IMG/VR virus record: IMGVR_UViG_2645727640_000044
Span: 1-31,891 of that record
Source of the DNA: a virus
Lineage: Duplodnaviria > Heunggongvirae > Uroviricota > Caudoviricetes
Length of the DNA: 31,891 nt
Strand: one strand, 5' to 3'
Shown: in pieces, positions 18,995 to 27,962 of the stretch
Layout of the letters: each line of letters begins with the position of its first letter
Position numbering within the stretch: the stretch's first letter is position 1
Program-made: the position numbers and the translations under genes
Notes under the pieces: model-generated
The model's database searches: none
What the model saw: the letters and a program-made list of their open reading frames with translations, nothing else
Told to the model about the DNA's origin: nothing

Positions 18995-19828
18995 TTACGC
19001 ACGGCGAACAATCATACGGTTGTTGATGTAACTGACCAGCAAGCGCCAGGTACTGCGAGCCACATGAACGTTTGCAGCTTTACCGGTACGGTACATGTTG
19101 GTTGTTTCACCGATTGACTCTGACAAAATGCCATCCTCTCGTGCTGCGGCAACATCATTGCCATTTGCGATCTCACACGCTTCGTTGACAACGGCAAGCA
19201 TCAACGCTTCTTTGAAGTAGTCAGGGAACTCTTCAAACTTCTCCTGCGTCATCTTTTCCCAATCGACTAAATCATGCCGGTACGCTCCATCTGCTCCCCA
19301 CGGAATGTCATACACATTCAGCATATTTTGAGGGCGATCGTATCGGTCAAAGTCGATACGTAGAATTTTGCGGATTGAGAACGGTAAAGTTTTAATTCGT
19401 CTGGTAGCCTCAATGAGACGCTTGCGCATTAAGCCTTCACCATCCGACAGCAAAGTGTCCCCATTCAGCATATCGATCGCCTGCATTTGAGCATCAGCGA
19501 CAGTTGCAAACGACTGTTCTGGTATCGACAGTTCAAAACTATTCAGCAGAACATACATTTGCCGCTCTTCATGCGTCAGACCCGATGCAACAGCCTTCAC
19601 AATGACGTACCGCAGATCGCGTTCTTTCTCAGAGAGCTGGTTATATTCAGCCGACACGACAACCGGAATCGACATTTGACCGCTGGTAATTTCTAGCGGC
19701 TCGCCATCAACGAGAATAGCCCCGGTGCTGTCCTTTACTGTGTAGGTAGCAGATTCGATATCCAGCACGTTGAAGGCAAATGAAAGGGAAACAGCTTCAC
19801 CGCTACGATACGAGTCGATCTGCGCCAT
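18995..19828 (-). CDS. Hypothetical protein (277 aa), head-tail module
   Basis: Complete ORF; its ATG overlaps the upstream stop as TAATG. No motif recognised. Confidence 0.55.
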   Translation of the reverse strand: MAQIDSYRSGEAVSLSFAFNVLDIESATYTVKDSTGAILVDGEPLEITSGQMSIPVVVSAEYNQLSEKERDLRYVIVKAVASGLTHEERQMYVLLNSFELSIPEQSFATVADAQMQAIDMLNGDTLLSDGEGLMRKRLIEATRRIKTLPFSIRKILRIDFDRYDRPQNMLNVYDIPWGADGAYRHDLVDWEKMTQEKFEEFPDYFKEALMLAVVNEACEIANGNDVAAAREDGILSESIGETTNMYRTGKAANVHVARSTWRLLVSYINNRMIVRRA

Positions 19829-20262
19829 TACTCACCGCCTTGTGCTTTCAGGATGCCTTCAATCATCTCGACAATTCCTTTCGCTTTGACACCAACCTGA
19901 TTACCAATCACACGTAGACCGGCAATGCCTTCATTGTCTGCAATTGACTCCAACTCTTCTCGTGTGAAAGTCTGAATCTGTTTGGCCGGTTCATCTGGTG
20001 TCCCACGTTTCATTGGCACAATGTCAGGTGCTGCTGGCTCGGTAATCAGGTCTGCGGTCAACTCGCCACGATCACTGTATGCGGCAGACGGAGAAACATT
20101 TTTGCCCTCGACTGTTGATGCTCGCATTGAGGCACAAATCCTTTGCTGATCGATAAAAGGCAACTCCGCTACGGACACCCCGTTCTCGAACTGAACGCCG
20201 CACAACATTCCCGAATAACCGGAAAATTGCGGTTCTAATAAAACAATTTTTGCTGGTTTCAT
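19828..20262 (-). CDS. Hypothetical protein (144 aa), head module
   Basis: Complete ORF with ATG start; preceded by a GC hairpin (20281..20298). No motif recognised. Confidence 0.55.
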   Translation of the reverse strand: MKPAKIVLLEPQFSGYSGMLCGVQFENGVSVAELPFIDQQRICASMRASTVEGKNVSPSAAYSDRGELTADLITEPAAPDIVPMKRGTPDEPAKQIQTFTREELESIADNEGIAGLRVIGNQVGVKAKGIVEMIEGILKAQGGE

Positions 20263-20280
20263 AACGCATTCTCTCTACAT

Positions 20281-20298
20281 GGGCGGCTTTCGCCGCCC
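20281..20298 (-). other. GC-rich hairpin without U-tract in the Ig-like gene / downstream gene spacer
   Basis: GGGCGGC-TTTC-GCCGCCC, perfect 7-bp stem; no T-run on either strand. Confidence 0.3.
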
Positions 20299-20306
20299 AA
20301 TATTGA

Positions 20307-21227
20307 TTATTCCTGTGCAGCAGTGACTTCTACGGTCGCTGTCGCTTTGTGGCTACCATCTTGGGTAGTAACCTCGATTGTGGCAGTACCAGCCGCAACG
20401 CCAGTTACAACACCGGTTTCGCTATCCACCGTTGCAAACTCGGTATTTTTGGATTCCCAAGTAACGGTTTTATTTGTTGCTCCTGCCGGCTCGACATTTG
20501 CGGTCAGCTGAACAGTTTTGTTTGCCTCAACGGTTGTGCTATTTGGGTCGATTTCGACGCCGGTAACAGCCACAACAGGCGCAGTTACTTCCACCGTTGC
20601 AGTTCCCTTTTTGCTGCCATCTTGGGAAACGATCTCAATCGTCGCAGTGCCAACTTCTACACCAGTAACGTTCCCGCTCTGGTCTACCGTTGCCTTGTCT
20701 TCATTTTTGGAAGACCAAGTAACTGCCTTATTCGTCGCATTTGACGGCTGAACATTCGCTTTCAGACTGACTGATTTCCCTTTCTCAACAGAGGTTGAGT
20801 CTGGCGTTACCGTTACGGATTGAACGGCTACCGGATTTACGGTGACTTCCACTGACGCGGAAAGCTGGGTTTCCTGATCAGTTGCAGTAATTTTTACTTT
20901 GCCTGGTGCTACGCCAGTTACTAATCCAGTGCCATTAACGGTTGCAATTTGGTCATTTGCTGACTTCCAGGTGAATGAACTGGCACTCTTACCCATACTA
21001 ATACCTGCACTAAGTTGAACAGTTTTCCCAACCAAAACTGACGGTGAAGCCGGGGTTATGTTTACGGATTGGGAGAGGGGAACCGCCTGCAAACAAGCAG
21101 ATAGCTGACTTTGTTGCCGCTCGGTTAAAGGTTCATCGGAGATAGAATTGGTAAATCCGGCACGGCACATATGCCCCGTAAAATCCGAAAATGCCTCTTC
21201 CGTAATCTTCATCTTTTGTTCTGGCAT
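20307..21227 (-). CDS. Ig-like domain protein with three tandem Big_2-type repeats; possible capsid decoration or surface protein
   Basis: Three repeats of about 90 aa of the form VxSVTVTPxSxxVxxGKxVxLxAxVxPxxATNKxVTWxSxNxxxATVDxxGxVTGVxxGTATI; ATG with AGGAG upstream; located directly after the major capsid gene. Confidence 0.7.
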   Translation of the reverse strand: MPEQKMKITEEAFSDFTGHMCRAGFTNSISDEPLTERQQSQLSACLQAVPLSQSVNITPASPSVLVGKTVQLSAGISMGKSASSFTWKSANDQIATVNGTGLVTGVAPGKVKITATDQETQLSASVEVTVNPVAVQSVTVTPDSTSVEKGKSVSLKANVQPSNATNKAVTWSSKNEDKATVDQSGNVTGVEVGTATIEIVSQDGSKKGTATVEVTAPVVAVTGVEIDPNSTTVEANKTVQLTANVEPAGATNKTVTWESKNTEFATVDSETGVVTGVAAGTATIEVTTQDGSHKATATVEVTAAQE

Positions 21228-21242
21228 TTCTCGCTCCTACAA

Positions 21243-21269
21243 AAAGGGTGGGCGTATAGCCCACCCTTT
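21243..21269 (-). terminator. Intrinsic terminator-like hairpin downstream of the major capsid gene
   Basis: Minus strand reads AAAGGGTGGGC-TATAC-GCCCACCCTTT then TTGTAGGAGCG; GC-rich stem followed by a T-run, immediately after the capsid gene stop (21301) and upstream of the next RBS. Confidence 0.6.
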
Positions 21270-21300
21270 AACATAGATAATTACTTATCTACTTCACTGA

Positions 21301-22176
21301 TTAAATTTTTACATTGGTCAGTGCAGCGATAGCCTTATCGTGCTTATTCGCCAGAGAGCAGTACCACTTCACACGGGTACGTACTGCGTCTTTGTTCTGT
21401 ACAGTACCAATGTTTTCAACAACGATACCTGCGTTGTCGCCGCCATACAGACCAGTAACGCCGTTCTCTTCTGACAGATGCAGGCAGTAGATGCTTGCTT
21501 TGCCAGAATCGGTCGGGATGAAGTCGTTGATGATGAACGGAACGCCGTTATGACACAGCATCGGACGACCGAAGTTCTCCATCATGATTTCAGACGGACC
21601 TACATTTACTGTACGCAGCAGCGCACGGTAAGCACGCAGGTGCTCTGAACGCATCATGATGCAGTCAGCACCAAGATCTTTCACCGCATCGACCAGTTCG
21701 TCGAACATAGAGAAAGTCATAGATGCACCGGCGATATCGATCTTCTGATCTGCGTGCATCAGGCGTGGAATGCCGTCAAACGCCTTGTTGTTGGAGCTGG
21801 AGTCACCCAAAATCAGGTTGCGACGGAACGCACGAGCCAGACCTTTAACTTTCTGACGAACCTGAATAGCCAACTGGTTGTTGGTGTCGGCCATAGTGGT
21901 CGCCAGGAATTTATCAACGTCTACGTCACCAGCCAGAATACGCAGTTTCGCAACGCATTCTTCGAAGGTTGCTGCACCTTCAGGGATGGTGTCGTTAACG
22001 TCGATGAAGGTAGCTTCACTCAGCGTTTTTTCACGGTTGTACAGATATGCCTTTGAATTAATTTTCATAAAAGGCAGGATGGCAAACAGGTCATCGCGAT
22101 CGATGATAGTTTCGATCACACCCTGTTCAAGTTCGTTGTTAGACAGCTTTTCAGCTTCTTCACGCAGTAATGGCAT
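21301..22176 (-). CDS. Major capsid protein (candidate)
   Basis: 291-aa ORF in the scaffold to capsid to terminator position, with ATG start; assignment by synteny and size, no diagnostic motif recognised. Confidence 0.65.
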   Translation of the reverse strand: MPLLREEAEKLSNNELEQGVIETIIDRDDLFAILPFMKINSKAYLYNREKTLSEATFIDVNDTIPEGAATFEECVAKLRILAGDVDVDKFLATTMADTNNQLAIQVRQKVKGLARAFRRNLILGDSSSNNKAFDGIPRLMHADQKIDIAGASMTFSMFDELVDAVKDLGADCIMMRSEHLRAYRALLRTVNVGPSEIMMENFGRPMLCHNGVPFIINDFIPTDSGKASIYCLHLSEENGVTGLYGGDNAGIVVENIGTVQNKDAVRTRVKWYCSLANKHDKAIAALTNVKI

Positions 22177-22201
22177 CTATCAATTCCCTTTGATTTAGAT
22201 G

Positions 22202-23089
22202 TTACTTAAGTCCAATTTTCCCCAGACCGGAGGCCAACTTATCCATAGTCGACTTGTTCTTCGGTTGGGATATTGTGTAGGTCGATTTGGAATGTGAGCC
22301 TACACCCTGCTTGGCTTCGCTACGCATCAATGCGTCAGCTTCCGGATCTGCCCGCACAATGCGTTCAATCGCGGATTCAAACGGCAACGGCTTACCTTCA
22401 CCGTCAACCAGAACAGCTCGTTCTTTGTGACCTGCCGGTTTGTCATAACCCACTACGCTACCGTCTTCACCCACTTCAAAATGAGAACCGTAGATCACGC
22501 GGGCTTTTGCCGGGGTCATCAGAACTTTGTCACGTAGGAAGAGAGAGTTACTGAAGGAAGCGCCCACGGTCATCTCGACTAATTGAGATTTCAGTGATGC
22601 GTTTTCACTTTCCAGTGCTGCATAACGTTCGTCACGCTGTGCCAGCTCTGCCTGGTGTGCTTCGATCATCTGTTTTTTAACAGCATCGAACTCACCACGA
22701 CGCTCCAGTTCAGCTTGCTCCGCCTCACGACGTGCGTTTTCTGCGGCCTGTTCAGCTTCTAAAAGCTGGCGAGCACGAGCCGGATCGATATCACCGTACT
22801 GAGCAAGCTGATCGGCCAATGTGCGCTCTTTCTCTTTGCGCTTCATGTTCTCCTTCAGCAGTTCAGCACCAGCTTTCTTGGTTTTACGAAGTTCGGCCAG
22901 TAACTCTTCCTGAGTCATGCCAGCGTATTCGTCATCGCCCTTCGGCTGCTCTTTTTGTTCACCCTGTTTGTCAGGATCTTGTGTACTCTGCTCATTATCA
23001 GCAGCTACACCGCCAGCGCCTCCACGCTCATGCGCTTCAGCGACATCCATCAGACCACGACGGGCCAAAAGCATTTGCCACAGATTCAT
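22202..23089 (-). CDS. Scaffolding-like protein (candidate)
   Basis: 295 aa with a highly charged Glu/Ala/Arg/Gln helical middle (ARQLLEAEQAAENARREAEQAELERRGEFDAVKKQMIEAHQAELAQRDERYAALESENASLKSQL); lies between portal and capsid genes; ATG with AAAGGAA upstream. Confidence 0.55.
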   Translation of the reverse strand: MNLWQMLLARRGLMDVAEAHERGGAGGVAADNEQSTQDPDKQGEQKEQPKGDDEYAGMTQEELLAELRKTKKAGAELLKENMKRKEKERTLADQLAQYGDIDPARARQLLEAEQAAENARREAEQAELERRGEFDAVKKQMIEAHQAELAQRDERYAALESENASLKSQLVEMTVGASFSNSLFLRDKVLMTPAKARVIYGSHFEVGEDGSVVGYDKPAGHKERAVLVDGEGKPLPFESAIERIVRADPEADALMRSEAKQGVGSHSKSTYTISQPKNKSTMDKLASGLGKIGLK

Positions 23090-23110
23090 AAAAATTCCTT
23101 TTGTTACTTA

Positions 23111-24685
23111 TCACTCGTTCTCTTGAGTAGATGAGTCCCCATTCCCTCGGGGTTGATCTTGCCCGCTTTCTTGGGCTGCACCACGATCATAAGTAAGTAC
23201 CGACTTATTTTCAAGGGTGTTTAGATCATTTTTTGGAGGAAAATTCAAGAGATCTTTATCAAATTCCTTTTTCATCGCCTCAGTAATGTTCGGGAAAATC
23301 TTCTCAATAAGCATTTCCATCTGGTGACGACGTACAGAGTCCGGTGCCTGAAGTAATGACAGTTTCTCGGCAACAGAAAATTCATCAGTAAGGCCACGAA
23401 TATCGAAACTTTCTGGATACGCAATTAAAGAGTGGTCTTCGTCCAGATCTACCCCCATCCATTTCGCAACCAGTAGCATGATTTGGCGTTCAGCCCTTTC
23501 CAGACGCTCTGCTTTTGTGACAAGCAAGCTATTTACACGCTGGAAGTCATACATTTTTGCGGCACCAGATGAATTATCGATTCCCTGTGCGTTGTCCTGC
23601 TTCGTTCGCTCACCAGCTACACCAACTGAATGGTAGATTTCGTTAATCACCGTCTTAATCGTAGTGATGATCATCTGAGCTTGTTTCGGGTCTGGTGACA
23701 GATAAAACGGCTGGTTTCCACCTTCAGAATCGTAGGTGAAGACTCGCTTTGTGCCCATTTCAAGCACTTTAGTGTGGTTTTCATCACCAGGTAAAAGCGA
23801 CTGTACCGGTATAGCCAACTGGCTAAATGTCTGATCCTGAATAATGGCATCAAGGTTTGACAGATAGTTTGCAACCGCACGATCAAGATAAGCGATATCA
23901 TCGATCAACGATGGGCTGAAATACGGTGATTCACTTTCTCCAATACAATCAACAGGAAACACAGGAACTACGCCGAGATTATGCTCACCGCTATCCTCTA
24001 AAATAACTTTTGCCTGACGGCGACCTGCTCCACCAGCGCCCTTCTTCACTTCCTCACGGAACAGATACCACTCGTTTTGTGTCCACAGACGATAACGTTG
24101 GTATTCCTGACCTGTAGAAGTAAAAGGATCTGCGTCATCACGAGCGACTTCCACAATTAACGCCCACAACATATTCCCGTCGTCGTCCCATGCCACATCC
24201 AGCATTTGCTGAGGTGAAATCCAGTAGGCGTAGGCGCGAGCATCTTTCTTTTTCTCGTCAGCTACTGACTCAACATCACCACTCATCGTGCTATCGACAA
24301 CAACCCATATGCGACCGTAAATAGACGACTGCAAATCAATAGCGGCCATAAATGAGTCAATAGAGGCATTCTGGCGAGTCGCACGTTTCCAGAAATTGCG
24401 GATCTGCTCTGGTGCCTCTTCGATATTTCTATGAATGTCTTCTTTAAAGAGATATTTGTTGATGAGGTTTACCACCTCACGAGTGTGGTTGAAGCGATAA
24501 GCACGTTCAACTCGCTCCTTAAACTCCTGATCTCCCTCTTTAAAGTAACGAAAGATATTGTCTGTAAACCAACCACGCCCGCCAGCGTAAGTGCTGGCGA
24601 GGAAGTCCCAATGTTCTTTTTTCTTTTCGTATTCCGGGTGGCGTCGCGCCACCAGATCCTTAATTTGTTTGTCGTTCAATTCCAT
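23111..24685 (-). CDS. Portal protein (candidate)
   Basis: 524-aa ORF immediately after the large terminase gene, acidic C-terminal tail; ATG with AAGG upstream. Assignment by synteny and size. Confidence 0.7.
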   Translation of the reverse strand: MELNDKQIKDLVARRHPEYEKKKEHWDFLASTYAGGRGWFTDNIFRYFKEGDQEFKERVERAYRFNHTREVVNLINKYLFKEDIHRNIEEAPEQIRNFWKRATRQNASIDSFMAAIDLQSSIYGRIWVVVDSTMSGDVESVADEKKKDARAYAYWISPQQMLDVAWDDDGNMLWALIVEVARDDADPFTSTGQEYQRYRLWTQNEWYLFREEVKKGAGGAGRRQAKVILEDSGEHNLGVVPVFPVDCIGESESPYFSPSLIDDIAYLDRAVANYLSNLDAIIQDQTFSQLAIPVQSLLPGDENHTKVLEMGTKRVFTYDSEGGNQPFYLSPDPKQAQMIITTIKTVINEIYHSVGVAGERTKQDNAQGIDNSSGAAKMYDFQRVNSLLVTKAERLERAERQIMLLVAKWMGVDLDEDHSLIAYPESFDIRGLTDEFSVAEKLSLLQAPDSVRRHQMEMLIEKIFPNITEAMKKEFDKDLLNFPPKNDLNTLENKSVLTYDRGAAQESGQDQPRGNGDSSTQENE

Positions 24686-24711
24686 TTGAATAACCTTAGA
24701 TAATTACTTAC

Positions 24712-25968
24712 CTATCTAGAACCACCAAGAATAACACGGTTTTTGACTGGATACCTACGATGTACTGGATAGCCCAATGCGTCTGCACTATGCTCAATGC
24801 CACCCGTCTTATCCATATCTCGTGTTCCAGGCTTGTAGATGACTTTTTCCAGTGAATCAATCAAATGCTTGCACTTCGGATCGATATACAGCCGGATATC
24901 TCCAGATGCGGACATCAGCATTCGGTTAACAGCATTAACACGATCCGCAATTGGCGGGTGCTTTTTCGAATAATCGACACGTAAGAATCCCTTCTCTTTG
25001 AATATGTCTACGTCAGACTCCCCACGAGCATGTTGGCGATAAGCACCTGCCGGATCTGGAAATACCGTTACCTGTGATTTCCAGCGCCAGAAGCGTCTCT
25101 CAAGCTCATCACAAACTTCTGCCGTGTTAGAGGAAAAGAGCACCAATTCATCAATTGCCCATAGCTCACCATTTGGCTGAGGTTGCAAAATTACTGAAGA
25201 CATCGGGTCAATGTTGAAGTCCTGCCCTACCCATATAGGCAACCGAGGGTTGAACTGAAGCGGTTTTACATGCACGTTACGATCGAACGGGTAGTAAACG
25301 CGCCCGGACATGTTCTCAAAGCTGGCCAGGTACTCCTGAGCGAACGATTTGGGGTCCATATCGTTCTTAGCAGCTTCAATTTCCGCCGTAGGTACAAACG
25401 GAGAATCGGCAGTTACAAACTGCCAGCTCTTCCACTGTCCCTTTCTTTGCAGCTCTACGTTCTGGCCTATAGTCCACAGTTTGTGAAATTCCGAGAAGCC
25501 TTTTGGCGTACCAATGATCAGTGCACCGCCGCGTGTCGATGAAAGAGTAGGTCGTAACACCTTGTACCAGGTGTCAGCCTTCATATCCTGAAATTCATCA
25601 AGCACTACAAAATGCAACGCTACGCCGCGCAGAGTGTCAGGCTTATCAGCACCTTTGAGGGCGATCTCCGAACCGTTCTTCAACACGATTGTCATCGTGG
25701 TGTCGTTCTTTTTCCTAACCCACTTACGAGGCAGAACTTCCTGTAGATCGTCCCACAAAATCTGGCGAGCCATCTGGTAAGTAGGAGCGACATACCAGAC
25801 CCTTTGCTTTTTTTCCTTTGCCGCCGCACGAATAATAGTGGAGATCGACAACCGGGATTTTCCCCAGCGTCGACCAGCACAAACAACTTTAAATCGATGC
25901 GGAGACTGGAAGACTTTCATCTGTCCAGAATGCAGTTGCACAAGACTGAGCGAGGACGGGATTGCCAT
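24712..25968 (-). CDS. terL: Terminase large subunit
   Basis: Walker A VVCAGRRWGKSRLS, Walker B-like HFVVLDEFQDM, Asp-rich C-terminal nuclease-like region (VGQDFNIDPMSSV ... IDELV). ATG overlaps the upstream stop as TAATG. Confidence 0.85.
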   Translation of the reverse strand: MAIPSSLSLVQLHSGQMKVFQSPHRFKVVCAGRRWGKSRLSISTIIRAAAKEKKQRVWYVAPTYQMARQILWDDLQEVLPRKWVRKKNDTTMTIVLKNGSEIALKGADKPDTLRGVALHFVVLDEFQDMKADTWYKVLRPTLSSTRGGALIIGTPKGFSEFHKLWTIGQNVELQRKGQWKSWQFVTADSPFVPTAEIEAAKNDMDPKSFAQEYLASFENMSGRVYYPFDRNVHVKPLQFNPRLPIWVGQDFNIDPMSSVILQPQPNGELWAIDELVLFSSNTAEVCDELERRFWRWKSQVTVFPDPAGAYRQHARGESDVDIFKEKGFLRVDYSKKHPPIADRVNAVNRMLMSASGDIRLYIDPKCKHLIDSLEKVIYKPGTRDMDKTGGIEHSADALGYPVHRRYPVKNRVILGGSR

Positions 25969-26600
25969 TATTCGTCCTCCCCTTCACTTCCATCATCTGT
26001 CGCATCAAATTCGCTTAGAGCTTCTTCTTCCAACGTCTCAAGCAATTCGTCATCGATGATTTCAGGCTCGTCGTCTTCCTGACGTAATTTCGCCACCTGG
26101 GAAGGCGTAAGCTCACCAAATACCAGGTTCGGAATTTCTTCCTCGTCATTTTCCGCATGATCCATGCCCAATGCTTTGGACGAAACTTCAAAGCATTTTG
26201 CAAGGGTATTACTGGCTCTCTGTAAGCTCTTGAGAGAATCCTCAATCGCCCCTAAAGGCTTACCCTCACGTTTGGCCGTAGTGACTTCGACCATCACCAT
26301 CTGCCCCAACGCATACGCCCAGCCGTCATAACGTGTACGACGTTCTTCTATCTTTTCCGCACGGGCTTTAGCGCGAAGCTCTGCGTCAGATTTAAGAGAC
26401 TCACGAACCATCTTCCCAACAGAGTCCGCGCCTTTCTCTAATCCTCGCTTTTTGAAATGTCTGGAGAGTGTTTCACGACGAATGCCGTACTCTTCCTCAA
26501 GCTTTGAGAGTGTATATTCGCCTGACGTCCATTTGGCTTCAGCTTCGGCCCACTCCGCTGGTGTCAGGCGAGTTTTTACCTCGTCTTTTTCGACCGTCAT
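25968..26600 (-). CDS. terS: Terminase small subunit (candidate)
   Basis: 210 aa directly upstream of and coupled to terL; HTH-like N-terminus (LSKLEEEYGIRRETLSRHFKKRG), strongly acidic C-terminus; GAGGGA RBS. Confidence 0.6.
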   Translation of the reverse strand: MTVEKDEVKTRLTPAEWAEAEAKWTSGEYTLSKLEEEYGIRRETLSRHFKKRGLEKGADSVGKMVRESLKSDAELRAKARAEKIEERRTRYDGWAYALGQMVMVEVTTAKREGKPLGAIEDSLKSLQRASNTLAKCFEVSSKALGMDHAENDEEEIPNLVFGELTPSQVAKLRQEDDEPEIIDDELLETLEEEALSEFDATDDGSEGEDE

Positions 26601-26680
26601 AGATCCCTCTAAAACACACAGAGCGCGTCCATGCGCTCTAAAACAACTTGTTTACTGCATCTGCTAACCAACTTGTTTTC
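26601..26680 (-). repeat. Cluster of direct and inverted repeats immediately upstream of terS (candidate packaging or operator site)
   Basis: Plus-strand CTCTAAAACA at 26607..26616 and 26636..26645, flanking hairpin AGAGCGC-GTCCAT-GCGCTCT (26619..26638); CAACTTGTTT at 26643..26652 and 26669..26678; palindrome AAACAA-C-TTGTTT at 26641..26653. Confidence 0.35.
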
Positions 26681-26795
26681 TGGGGTGTTTAATTAGGTCT
26701 GGCATGTCTTACGAAGCCTGCTTCCGTATATATTTAATAAGTTACTTATTATTTATATATACAGATGCAGGTCTTTAAATAAGCTCCCAGACCGA

Positions 26796-27062
26796 TTACA
26801 TCACCAGTAACTTCGCTTTGGCTCGACCTAAAGTGGTTAACCCAAGAGTTCGGCGGTGATAGCGATTGTCACTGCGTTGGCGCGTATGCCCTTTCTCCAC
26901 CAGCCCCTTTTTTATCAGAGCGCGAATTGAGAACTGGATACTTTGCTTGGTTGTCTTGTACGGCAAAACTTCAAGCAATTCGTCCAGGTCAAGTAGATGA
27001 CCTCGCTCATAACCGAGATTGAGCGTTTTGATGATGTCCTTTTGTTTATCGGTTAACGTCAT
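26796..27062 (-). CDS. Small winged-helix-like DNA-binding protein (candidate regulator)
   Basis: 88 aa, basic; segment LPYKTTKQSIQFSIRALIKKGLVEKG resembles a recognition helix plus wing. ATG with AAGGA upstream, 9 nt after the GNAT-like gene stop. Confidence 0.45.
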   Translation of the reverse strand: MTLTDKQKDIIKTLNLGYERGHLLDLDELLEVLPYKTTKQSIQFSIRALIKKGLVEKGHTRQRSDNRYHRRTLGLTTLGRAKAKLLVM

Positions 27063-27071
27063 GGCAAATCC

Positions 27072-27962
27072 TTATGCCGGTAAAGCAATTTCTAACGGTT
27101 TATCCAAAGGTTGTTTGTCGAATGCCAGCAGTGGCAGCGTGTCAGGCAGTCGACGGCCAAAGTCAGGGTTTCGGTACACACCATACAACGGAGACGTAAA
27201 GCTCAGGTTGTGAATGTCCTTGAGCAGCTTCACAATGCTGGCCTCGTCCACCAGACTGTCGGCAATGTCCTGAATCGTCGTGCCACGATTCCGCCCAGCT
27301 TTTGCCAGGGAACTGTTCTTATGGTAGTCCGCCACCAAATCGCGCAGCGCACGGCGACGACGAGACTCGCTCATAGCGAACAACTCTTTGACGATCGCCT
27401 CGTTATCACCCGGGTCGGAGCGGAAATGGCGCTGGAACACACGCAGTGCACTTTCATAGCTCTTCGGTCGCTCAGGGCGGATGAACTTAAACCCTGCTTT
27501 CATGGCGAAGGGATTGTATTTGCTCATCGAGGACTGGATCTCAATGATTGGCCGGTCATGCATCCTGCTAACCAGGTTAATCATTCGATAAGAGACGCCT
27601 ACGCCACGATACTGAGTATCCACAACTGAGCGACTGATCACCGCAAAGTTGTTATTCACGTACCGACCCCAGTACTGGTTAGCCACGGTGGTATTAGTGG
27701 TTGGTTTCAACTTAGGAAACATGCGGTGGCGAGGTGCCAACAGTAGTTTCGGGTAAGCCATAACCACGACGCCCACCAGACGGTCATCCAGTTCGCAGCG
27801 ATAGTATGTTGGCGCGAAAGGTTTGCCGTCTGTTTTGTAGTGAAGCGACTTAAGAGCGTGCCAGTCCTCTACAGTTCCCTTTGTGACAGTCATTCGCTCC
27901 AGAAAGTCCAGATGACGCGGAAACTCTTCAGGGCGGTAGCGTTTGATGATGATGTCCGTCAT
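27072..27962 (-). CDS. GNAT-fold acyltransferase-like protein with C-terminal extension of about 120 aa
   Basis: GNAT motif A-like AVISRSVVDTQYRGVGVSYRMINLV and motif B-like NPFAMKAGFKFI, read by eye. ATG overlaps the upstream stop as ATGA. Confidence 0.5.
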   Translation of the reverse strand: MTDIIIKRYRPEEFPRHLDFLERMTVTKGTVEDWHALKSLHYKTDGKPFAPTYYRCELDDRLVGVVVMAYPKLLLAPRHRMFPKLKPTTNTTVANQYWGRYVNNNFAVISRSVVDTQYRGVGVSYRMINLVSRMHDRPIIEIQSSMSKYNPFAMKAGFKFIRPERPKSYESALRVFQRHFRSDPGDNEAIVKELFAMSESRRRRALRDLVADYHKNSSLAKAGRNRGTTIQDIADSLVDEASIVKLLKDIHNLSFTSPLYGVYRNPDFGRRLPDTLPLLAFDKQPLDKPLEIALPA

